Shown piece after piece: positions 1-6,962 of a stretch of DNA of 35,472 nucleotides (position 1 is the first letter of the stretch; every line of letters begins with the position of its first letter). Source of the stretch: a virus (lineage: Duplodnaviria > Caudoviricetes). The position numbers and the translations under genes are program-made. A model generated the notes under the pieces. That model had not been told where the DNA came from. It made no database searches and saw only the letters and a program-made list of their open reading frames with translations. Location: the IMG/VR virus record IMGVR_UViG_3300032219_000334, positions 1-35,472 of that record; one strand, 5' to 3'.

Positions 1-123
1 ACCGTTCTTTTCTTTACCGTACTCTTTATCTTCCATCATGCAACCCTTACCGCCTTTGCACTCGCCACCTTTACATTTAGGACAAGATTTCATGCCTTTC
101 ATTGCTTTCCCCTTACCATTTAA
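1..123. repeat. Direct terminal repeat, left copy (circular-assembly overlap)
   Basis: 1-123 is identical to 35350-35472. Confidence 0.97.
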
Positions 124-364
124 CTTTGTTAGCCCAATATGCCGCAGACATCTTGCCTTTAGCGATATTGGAAGCGTGACGAGCCTTGAATGACTCATTC
201 CTAGCACTACCTTCAGGACTACCCTTTACACCTTGCTGACCAAATCTGATTAGCTTTACTTCATCACCAGACTTAGCAAGCACAGCATGGCTTTTCGTTG
301 GATGACTAGGAGTCTTTTTAGGCTTGTTGTAGCCAGAAAATTCTTCTTTGCCTCGCTTAATCAT
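113..364 (-). CDS. Small basic phage protein (RFGQQG...SFKARH...AAYWA motif)
   Basis: 83-aa ORF; ATGA-coupled to the upstream mini-ORF; Lys-rich. Confidence 0.8.
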   Translation of the reverse strand: MIKRGKEEFSGYNKPKKTPSHPTKSHAVLAKSGDEVKLIRFGQQGVKGSPEGSARNESFKARHASNIAKGKMSAAYWANKVKW

Positions 365-510
365 TTCTTTTTCTTCGCAGTCTTAGCAGCTAGCTTGAAG
401 TCTGCTTTGGTTGGCGCACCTTTAGTTCCAGGCTTATTCATTTTCTCGCCTGATCCTTCAGCTATGCGCTTACGTTTGCTATGAATATTTGCGTATAGTC
501 CGGCTTTCAT
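361..510 (-). CDS. 49-aa Lys-rich protein MKAGLYANIHSKRKRIAEGSGEKMNKPGTKGAPTKADFKLAAKTAKKKK
   Basis: Manually translated (not in ORF track); ATGA overlaps at both ends (507-510, 361-364). Confidence 0.8.
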   Translation of the reverse strand: MKAGLYANIHSKRKRIAEGSGEKMNKPGTKGAPTKADFKLAAKTAKKKK

Positions 511-674
511 TTCTTGCCTTTCTTCTTAACCATACCTGCCTCGCTGAGTGCAATCGCTACAGCTTGCTTTTGAGATTTAACTACAGGGCCACCCTTGCCA
601 GAGTGAAGCTCACCCTTACCAAACTCCTTCATTACCTTACTAACCTTCTTAGCTGCCTTAGTTTTCTTCATCAT
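507..674 (-). CDS. 55-aa Lys-rich protein, DUF6496-like (KVMKEFGKGELHSG...QAVAIALSEAG)
   Basis: Manually translated (not in ORF track); stop overlaps the next ATG; recognisable QAxAIALSEA motif. Confidence 0.8.
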   Translation of the reverse strand: MMKKTKAAKKVSKVMKEFGKGELHSGKGGPVVKSQKQAVAIALSEAGMVKKKGKK

Positions 675-948
675 TTAAGATTTCCTTTACTTGTTCAAGT
701 AGCTCCCATTGTGTACCGTATATAGGTTCCCAAGCCTTGCGACCCATTCCATGTATTCCTTTTGCACCTCTGTGATGTAAAGGGCATAAAGGTAAGGTAT
801 TAGTATGACTATTTCGTACTCCTAAACCTAATCCTATATCTCGAATATGATGTATCTCGCATGGTGTTTGCGGATAACCTTCATTAAAGCAAATTATACA
901 ACCTATATTTGCTACTTTCGATAAATATTCTCTATCTGATTTCTTCAT
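658..948 (-). CDS. Ref-family (RecA-dependent) HNH-like Zn nuclease
   Basis: CIIC...EIHH...PLCPLHH motif pattern. Confidence 0.7.
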   Translation of the reverse strand: MKKSDREYLSKVANIGCIICFNEGYPQTPCEIHHIRDIGLGLGVRNSHTNTLPLCPLHHRGAKGIHGMGRKAWEPIYGTQWELLEQVKEILNDEEN

Positions 949-972
949 TGTCTTTTTGTTAATGCCTATTTA

Positions 973-1000
973 TTGAGCAGTCATAATTATCTGGTAGTAT
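973..1000 (+). promoter_or_regulatory. Putative sigma70 promoter for the acidic miniprotein
   Basis: TTGAGC (973-978), 16-bp spacer, extended -10 TGgTAGTAT (992-1000); followed by hairpin ACAGC-gtgcg-GCTGT (1007-1021) and RBS GGAGA. Confidence 0.55.
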
Positions 1001-1039
1001 TCTTTTACAGCGTGCGGCTGTGTTTACTTGGAGAAATTT

Positions 1040-1258
1040 ATGATCACGATTACTGTTGGCGATATGGTTATTTATGTTGAGTCCGATGATGTTGTTGAGT
1101 ACGAGGACGATGTTGAGTTTGAAGATGACGGTTTTGAGTACGATGAATATGGCATAGCTTGGTCTTTCGATGAAGAAGAAGAAGTCTGGTACTGGTACTG
1201 TGAAGAAGATGGTGAGTGGTATGCAGACGAGTTCGATTACTTTGAAGATGAAATCTAA
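1040..1258 (+). CDS. 72-aa hyper-acidic, aromatic-rich protein (DNA-mimic candidate)
   Basis: ATG at 1040 with GGAGA RBS; 30 D/E, 17 F/W/Y, no K/R. Confidence 0.75.
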   Translation: MITITVGDMVIYVESDDVVEYEDDVEFEDDGFEYDEYGIAWSFDEEEEVWYWYCEEDGEWYADEFDYFEDEI

Positions 1259-1578
1259 ATAGTAGAACGCTCAAGGAACCGATTAGAAGCCTCCTGAGTA
1301 CGAAATACGTCAATCCTAGCCTGAGCCGCTATGAGCATCCAGCGTAGCGTCTCAGCCCTTTCTACAGCCTCCCTAAGCCCTTCTAATACCTCTTGATACT
1401 CTGGATGAGCATAAGCGTCTGCTTCCTTCTCTGCCATCGTACTTTTCATACTATTTTGAAAACATAATGCTTTCTTTGTCTTACGGAATTCTGATAAATA
1501 GGTAACGTCAGCTTTAGCCTTAGCGTATTCCTTTGAATGTTTGATTATGAAATCAATTGCTGCGTGTGGATCGCTCAT
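1255..1578 (-). CDS. Alpha-helical phage protein, weakly reminiscent of UvsY-type recombination mediators
   Basis: 107-aa ORF, EKEADAYAHPEY motif, helical pattern; function tentative. Confidence 0.55.
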   Translation of the reverse strand: MSDPHAAIDFIIKHSKEYAKAKADVTYLSEFRKTKKALCFQNSMKSTMAEKEADAYAHPEYQEVLEGLREAVERAETLRWMLIAAQARIDVFRTQEASNRFLERSTI

Positions 1579-1714
1579 TCTTTTCCTTCTGTAATTTTTC
1601 TAACTCAATTATTTTCTTTAAAATTGGTATTCCTTTGCTCATTGGCAATACAGCAGCCAACTCCTTGTAGTGCTTTATTTGATCCTCAATAGGCAAATTA
1701 GCAACTTTATTCAT
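1553..1714 (-). CDS. 53-aa hypothetical protein (MNKVANLPIEDQIKHYKELAAVLP...)
   Basis: Manually translated; ATGA overlap with the VRR-NUC stop; fills the gap between genes. Confidence 0.6.
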   Translation of the reverse strand: MNKVANLPIEDQIKHYKELAAVLPMSKGIPILKKIIELEKLQKEKNERSTRSN

Positions 1715-2010
1715 TTTCCACTCTTTAGTAAATTGTTAATGGTCTCTACTGCGTTCTCTGGACTTGTGACTACATCAACCTGACCCTGCCAGTTATAGTG
1801 CCAGATAACTTGATCTGGTGTCAGCTTCCAAGACTTGTCACCGTCTTTGACTTCTAGCAAGAAGTTGTACTTCACACCGTACTTAGTTAATCCAACTAAT
1901 AAATCAGGACAACCCTTTCCGATAGCGTGAAGGTGAGCTACTGTCCAGCCTTCAGCACGTAACGCACGTACTATCGCAGATTGATTATCGTCCACCCTCT
2001 TATACGTCAT
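1711..2010 (-). CDS. VRR-NUC / PD-(D/E)xK nuclease (Holliday junction resolvase-like)
   Basis: DxNQxxIV...GCPDLLVG...LLEVKDG...LTPDQ motifs; probable start is ATG 2010. Confidence 0.8.
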   Translation of the reverse strand: MTYKRVDDNQSAIVRALRAEGWTVAHLHAIGKGCPDLLVGLTKYGVKYNFLLEVKDGDKSWKLTPDQVIWHYNWQGQVDVVTSPENAVETINNLLKSGK

Positions 2011-2248
2011 TGCTACCCCTAGCTTTAATAGCATCGGCAGCAGATTCAAAAGCAGCCATAACAGTTTCGCTATGCCATTTCGCAAGATCAAGACAAACAG
2101 TAGCACAAGCCTCACGCTCTACTGCTGCGACTAAGTTAGCAAACTTAATAAACTTATCTGACTTTAGCTCTTTAAGCTCTGGCAAGTTCCAAATACCATC
2201 AAATAATTCACATTCATCAGCTATTCGTATTAATTCTGTTTTAGTCAC
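2000..2248 (-). CDS. Hypothetical phage protein (EREACA...AIKARG motif)
   Basis: Coupled ORF in the operon; motif is common in proteobacterial phage small proteins. Confidence 0.7.
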   Translation of the reverse strand: MTKTELIRIADECELFDGIWNLPELKELKSDKFIKFANLVAAVEREACATVCLDLAKWHSETVMAAFESAADAIKARGSNDV

Positions 2249-2459
2249 GCCAATCTCCTTTTAACCCTCTATTTCCACGCTCCCACTGCTCTTTACAATC
2301 CTTCTCTAACTTATCGGCTGCGTTATCACCTCTCATCTTGCGCACTAATTGCAAGTATTCTGATGACTTGTTTCTGTCCTGCGCTCTCCATCGTATTACA
2401 GCCCAAACTTCGCACCGATGTCTGTATTCTTCGCTTTCAGTATCAATTGACTCATTCAT
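2241..2459 (-). CDS. Hypothetical phage protein (SEEYRHRCE...QW..GNRG..GDW)
   Basis: 72-aa ORF in the operon. Confidence 0.75.
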   Translation of the reverse strand: MNESIDTESEEYRHRCEVWAVIRWRAQDRNKSSEYLQLVRKMRGDNAADKLEKDCKEQWERGNRGLKGDWRD

Positions 2460-2460
2460 A

Positions 2461-3282
2461 TTATTCGCAACATAAAGTTAAACCGTAATTATTTATTTTT
2501 GGCATATTGTCAGTATTTACAATTTTTATCAATTTGTTTTGTTTAAATCTTGAGTAATCTACATGATGATGCCAACGATTAAATTTCCATACAACTTTTG
2601 CAACATCTGGATGCAAGTCAACTAAGCATTGTGATTTTTCTAAAGTTCCATCTTTATACAATTCATCTGTATTTCCACCCTTCATTCTTTGAGTAGTTAC
2701 TTTGCCAGCCAAAAAAGCATTAAATTGAATTGTGCAATATCCGTCTTTTAGTGCCATCAAAGATAAATCAGTATCTTCATTGTATTTAGCTCTCCATCTA
2801 TGTTTAAAAGAATTATCAATTAATATTGTTGAGTAAATTCTTGTGTTTAAAATATAAGGAGGAACTTTATCTGTGGTTTTGCAAAAAGAATAATAATTAA
2901 ATCCAGCTATAGGAACATTTGCATACCTATCTACAAAATCCTCAGCTATTTTAAAAATAGTTCCTGTTTCAACTACTGGCTTTAAATTTCTGTTTAATCT
3001 ATGAAAGTTTTGAATGTTATCGTCAAGTATCCAATGCTTTTTAGCACCTATCGAAATTGCATGATCCCATATCCAGTTTCTAGCAGGAGTCGATCCAAGA
3101 CCGAGATTACTAAATGGCAAAACTAAAATTTTATTAGGATTAATTACATTTGCATAATCATCGTATTCTTGTGGCTCAATTACTATTTTGTAAGGAACAT
3201 TCATTTTTTCTAATGCCTTACTTGTAAGTCTTGTTTTCCACCTTCCTTTTGAGACTATGTATATTGGGTAATTAGGCAGCAT
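2461..3282 (-). CDS. GREB1-like / TET-associated (TAGT) glycosyltransferase, putative DNA base modifier
   Basis: YPIYIVSKGR, ARNW, HWILDDNI, NEDTDLSL and GGNT motifs; AT-rich. Confidence 0.75.
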   Translation of the reverse strand: MLPNYPIYIVSKGRWKTRLTSKALEKMNVPYKIVIEPQEYDDYANVINPNKILVLPFSNLGLGSTPARNWIWDHAISIGAKKHWILDDNIQNFHRLNRNLKPVVETGTIFKIAEDFVDRYANVPIAGFNYYSFCKTTDKVPPYILNTRIYSTILIDNSFKHRWRAKYNEDTDLSLMALKDGYCTIQFNAFLAGKVTTQRMKGGNTDELYKDGTLEKSQCLVDLHPDVAKVVWKFNRWHHHVDYSRFKQNKLIKIVNTDNMPKINNYGLTLCCE

Positions 3283-3499
3283 CTTTATAAACTTTCTTTT
3301 CTAGCCCCCAATGTGATTTAAATGGATGCCATATGCTTTTTGTTTTGTTTGTTAATTTTTGCTCTATACGTTTCTGGAAATCTAAATAATCTTCCTCAGT
3401 TTCAAATCTGATTATTAATTCCTTAAATGGAGTTTTTTTTTGCTGTACAAACTCTGGCATACCAACCCATTCAGGATATTCGTCAAATAAGTTATCCAC
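3272..3499 (-). CDS. Small partner protein upstream of the GREB1-like glycosyltransferase
   Basis: Probable GTG start at 3499 with AGGAAAG RBS; EWVGMPEF...IIRFE...KTKSIW motif. Confidence 0.65.
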   Translation of the reverse strand: MDNLFDEYPEWVGMPEFVQQKKTPFKELIIRFETEEDYLDFQKRIEQKLTNKTKSIWHPFKSHWGLEKKVYKDAA

Positions 3500-4499
3500 G
3501 AAACTTTCCTTTGTTATCAAAGTCCATCGTAGCACCACCCCAAGTCTCAATAAACTGCTGACTAGATTGATGGTAATAAAGTCCGTACATTTCCTGAGCT
3601 TCACCGTTGCGCTGTTTCTCGCACATCAGATAAGCGTCAGGTAAATCCACCTCGTACTTCTCTCCATTGCGCTTACGATTCTCTTTCTGCTTATTACGCC
3701 ACATTAAGAATACATTATCAACCTGATCCGTTATTGCTCCAGTACCTTTGATGTCGTACTTACCAGGCTGAACTTCCTCAGACTGTAGCTTGCGGATATG
3801 GTGGATTAAATGAATGTGTACGTTGTGATCTCGTGCCAATGCAGTTAGCTCATCGACAAAATACTTCTGTTCGTTAAAATTATCTTCAGCATTACAAACT
3901 TTCATTAACGAGTCAATAAAAATATGCTCGATGCCTAACTCTACAGCGCAGTACCTAGCCATAGCAATAGTCTGATTAGGAGTTGTAGAACCCTGTTGAT
4001 CGTAGATGTATAGATGCTCTCCTGCGAATTGGTTAAATCGCTGAGTCAGTCCTTTGATGTACTTCTCTTTATCGTTAGTAAGCGGATCGTCAATAAACTC
4101 ACCAGCGAACTGTCTAAGCATCCTGTGAATGGTACTAGTAGGTTTCATCTCAAATGACGCTATAACGCACTTACGCTTTTGCTTAATCAAGTGTAACGCT
4201 ATCTGACCAGTTATCAAAGACTTGCCGCCACCATTACCACCAGCGTACAAAGTAACCTCACCTAGACGAAAGTTAAAGTCATCCTGTGTTTTAGTCCAAG
4301 GCATCTTTGCATTATCGTTAACAGGTGGATTAATGTAGTTATCTGTGATCTCATCAAGCCAATCTGAAACAATACGAACCTTCTGACCTACATCGTTATT
4401 TTTCAAATACTTTTCTACGTCAATATCCTGTGACTTGACTAATCTAGCTTTACGCTCTACGTCTAGTTGTATTGCTACGCTCTCTAAATTTGTTTTCAT
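3492..4499 (-). CDS. SF4 (DnaB / T7 gp4-like) replicative helicase
   Basis: Walker A GGNGGGKS, ASFEM, Walker B IFIDSL, IHHIRK, DIKGTGAITDQVDN, KQR arginine finger. Confidence 0.9.
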   Translation of the reverse strand: MKTNLESVAIQLDVERKARLVKSQDIDVEKYLKNNDVGQKVRIVSDWLDEITDNYINPPVNDNAKMPWTKTQDDFNFRLGEVTLYAGGNGGGKSLITGQIALHLIKQKRKCVIASFEMKPTSTIHRMLRQFAGEFIDDPLTNDKEKYIKGLTQRFNQFAGEHLYIYDQQGSTTPNQTIAMARYCAVELGIEHIFIDSLMKVCNAEDNFNEQKYFVDELTALARDHNVHIHLIHHIRKLQSEEVQPGKYDIKGTGAITDQVDNVFLMWRNKQKENRKRNGEKYEVDLPDAYLMCEKQRNGEAQEMYGLYYHQSSQQFIETWGGATMDFDNKGKFRG

Positions 4500-4921
4500 T
4501 ATTTCACCATTGGAGTAAATATAACTACTGCGCTTGGAAATGGCGCACTGTTCTTTGAATCGCCAAACTTTAACCTGCCACGAATAAACTCAATTTGACC
4601 TTTAATACAGTAGTCATGCCACCAAGATGTATCTGTTCTAGCTGGCAGTAAACAAACTACAGTAGCACCATTAACGCTAGATTCATAAGCCTTTTTAACC
4701 CAATGCTTTATTGTTCTACCGTAAGGTGGATTCATCCAACAAATACCATTCCACTCCTGTTTTAATCCATCAATTTCTGGAGTAAAGTATTTCTCACATT
4801 TTGTATTTTCAGGAATAGCACAAACATCTAATTCAAATTTATAAATTTCGTTGTATTTATTGAAGAAAGATTGAGGAGTAAACCATAAATCTGTCGCACT
4901 ACTAAAATGAACATAAGTCAT
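4499..4921 (-). CDS. Phage DNA N6-adenine methyltransferase (Dam-like)
   Basis: WFTPQ, LDVCA, WMNPPYG, LLPARTDT, RGRLKFG and APFPS motifs. Confidence 0.9.
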   Translation of the reverse strand: MTYVHFSSATDLWFTPQSFFNKYNEIYKFELDVCAIPENTKCEKYFTPEIDGLKQEWNGICWMNPPYGRTIKHWVKKAYESSVNGATVVCLLPARTDTSWWHDYCIKGQIEFIRGRLKFGDSKNSAPFPSAVVIFTPMVK

Positions 4922-5334
4922 CGTATATACCTCGCTGCTTCAATGATCCGTTCTTGTGCTTGTCTTAAACGTGATCTGTCATTATCAGTTAATTTAACTC
5001 CGTTAGCTAGATTACTTGCAGCTACAGATACTAGTACGGACTCGAACTCAATAACCCTAAGTAAGTCTGTTGCGTAAAAAGCATTTTTAACTTTAGGTTT
5101 GTGATGAGATAACTTATCTTCAGGTGGAAATAACTCACCGATGTCCATACCGATAGCACCGACTATTTCCTGTACAGAACAACCACCAAAGCATTTCAAT
5201 AGGATACGACCATCTTCTGTTTCTCTTATCGCTAAGGAAGGACTACGATCTTCGTGAGAAGGACAGCAAGCAGTCCACCTACCTCTGCCACCTTTTACTT
5301 TCGTTAGACGTTGTAGCAATGTTTCTACACTCAT
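4918..5334 (-). CDS. Stand-alone primase-type CHC2 zinc-finger protein (no TOPRIM)
   Basis: CPSHEDRSPSL...LLKCFGGC; probable start is ATG 5334 after GGAG. Confidence 0.8.
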   Translation of the reverse strand: MSVETLLQRLTKVKGGRGRWTACCPSHEDRSPSLAIRETEDGRILLKCFGGCSVQEIVGAIGMDIGELFPPEDKLSHHKPKVKNAFYATDLLRVIEFESVLVSVAASNLANGVKLTDNDRSRLRQAQERIIEAARYIR

Positions 5335-5335
5335 A

Positions 5336-6121
5336 TTAATCTCCACAGAAGCAGTCTATTGACTCGCTATCAAGCATATCAATCTGTTGACCTGCATATT
5401 TCTTCATCTCAGAATAACTAGGCCTATCTTTTCTAAAAGTAGCACCTATTGTTTCCTCCATATTTGCCCACCAAATAGCTCTCTCTGGCTTATCTGAAAT
5501 CATACTCATAACTTGATGATTACCTTTGAGAAAGCACAAGTCACAGTTACCTAATGGAGTTATTCCGTTATTAAAAGAAAGCTCAAGATCAAACGTATTT
5601 GTTCGCCAAAAACTCTGAACATCCTGTTGCGTTATGCCAGCACGAACCAAAGGAATATATTTATCCGTCATCTTTGCAGCTCTACGCTGCTCGTCAGCTC
5701 GTATTCCTATTGCCGTTTGATATTCTTCAAATCCTAAAGACTTTAAAAACCTATCAATAGTTAATATCTTTAATTCGCTAGTGCAGAATCTAGCTACTGG
5801 ATTAGGAAGGTAATTTCTTTTAACGATTAAGTCAGCAAATGGCTCACCATTCCTAGAAGCAGTATCATAATTTACTTTCGTAAACTTAGGATCTATTGAT
5901 GTGTATTCCAACCAATTTATTTTTACATCCCAGTTATCCTGACAATCCTTAACAAACTTTAAGGTAGCTTCATCTTCTTTACCTGTATTGGCAAAGCATA
6001 CGATAGCTTCATCTGGTAATCCTTTGTTAGCCTGTAGTATTCTCCAAAGCATATACGCTGAAGTTCTACCGCCAGAGAATGAGATGCAAGTTGGCTCGTC
6101 AATAATGAACGGATTCCTCAT
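5336..6121 (-). CDS. PAPS reductase-family (PP-loop) protein, Cys-rich
   Basis: SFSGGRTS PP-loop, FANTGKE, RFCTSELK, GIRADE, GNCDLCFLK, terminal CFC. Confidence 0.85.
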   Translation of the reverse strand: MRNPFIIDEPTCISFSGGRTSAYMLWRILQANKGLPDEAIVCFANTGKEDEATLKFVKDCQDNWDVKINWLEYTSIDPKFTKVNYDTASRNGEPFADLIVKRNYLPNPVARFCTSELKILTIDRFLKSLGFEEYQTAIGIRADEQRRAAKMTDKYIPLVRAGITQQDVQSFWRTNTFDLELSFNNGITPLGNCDLCFLKGNHQVMSMISDKPERAIWWANMEETIGATFRKDRPSYSEMKKYAGQQIDMLDSESIDCFCGD

Positions 6122-6771
6122 TTAGCACCTCTCAGTCTGCCATCAAATACTGGTGTACTTACGCTAGGACGTTTAAAGTCAGCAGCATTTCTTAACCATG
6201 TATTTAAAGCATAGTCCCAATTTTTAAACTTACTACCTTTAGATTTATGATAATCACTAAACTTCAATAATTCTTGATTTATATTGATATTTAATTCCTT
6301 AGCTAATTGATAATGCTTATCGTTAGGTGTGTAATCATCAGGAAGTTGAGTTTCTTTTGTTTCAACTTTCTTTTTTGGTTTTAGTTCTTCTATATTGTTT
6401 ATTGTTTCTTGTTTAATGTTTAGGATCTGATTCGTATCTGATTTCAGATGCCTTTCAGAACCCCAACGTATCTGATTCGCTTTACGTGCGCTATCCGCTT
6501 TACTCTGATAAGCCTTGATTTCAGAATCCGCACGTTTGTTATGCCAGCTATTATCGTTAGTATTAAATTCAAAAAACTCATGCAAAATTAGCATCACAGT
6601 TTCTTCATTTGATTTAACTTTTCTTGTTACTTTAGATAAGTCTGCAACATCAAAAGACTTTTCAGTTTGATAATATAAGTCAAGTAATCTTCTGTAAGTT
6701 AAGTCCTCATCATTAGTTAAATGAGCTGTATGACTTACGTAATCACCTATATTGAATTGATAATAATGCAT
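6118..6771 (-). CDS. YdaU/DUF1376-family replication initiator
   Basis: MHYYQFNIGDY...HL...YRRLLDLYY N-terminus; C-terminal WxxALNTWLRN. Confidence 0.85.
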   Translation of the reverse strand: MHYYQFNIGDYVSHTAHLTNDEDLTYRRLLDLYYQTEKSFDVADLSKVTRKVKSNEETVMLILHEFFEFNTNDNSWHNKRADSEIKAYQSKADSARKANQIRWGSERHLKSDTNQILNIKQETINNIEELKPKKKVETKETQLPDDYTPNDKHYQLAKELNININQELLKFSDYHKSKGSKFKNWDYALNTWLRNAADFKRPSVSTPVFDGRLRGAK

Positions 6772-6783
6772 AGCTTTTCCAAT

Positions 6784-6890
6784 AAAAAAAGCCCTAGGTG
6801 AGACTCTCGATCTATGATCGTTGGCAGACTGGTGAGTAACCAGCAGAGTCCCATCTAAGGCTTACTCGTTAAATGCGCTGCCAAGCACAT
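6784..6890 (-). ncRNA. Structured leader RNA, phage P4 CI / P1 C4-like architecture, ending in a terminator-like U tract
   Basis: 5' hairpin with UUGGCA loop; 19-bp stem (6845-6863 with 6789-6807) enclosing two small hairpins and a CUGCCAA bulge; U7 tail. Confidence 0.7.
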
Positions 6891-6894
6891 ACCT

Positions 6895-6923
6895 ACTATA
6901 CCGTTTTCTGTCTGATCCTGCAA
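6895..6923 (-). promoter_or_regulatory. sigma70 promoter of the replication operon
   Basis: TTGCAG (6923-6918), 17-bp spacer, TATAGT (6900-6895). Confidence 0.75.
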
Positions 6924-6962
6924 GTCTTACAAATATCACTGCTCTTAAACTGGATTATCGAC

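Noticed and set aside
287-725. Plus-strand ORFs 287-484 and 489-725
   Set aside because: Antisense shadows of the coupled minus-strand Lys-rich genes; no RBS.
1068-1313. Minus-strand His-rich 81-aa ORF
   Set aside because: Reverse-complement shadow of the GAT/GAA-rich acidic gene, which has a promoter and RBS.
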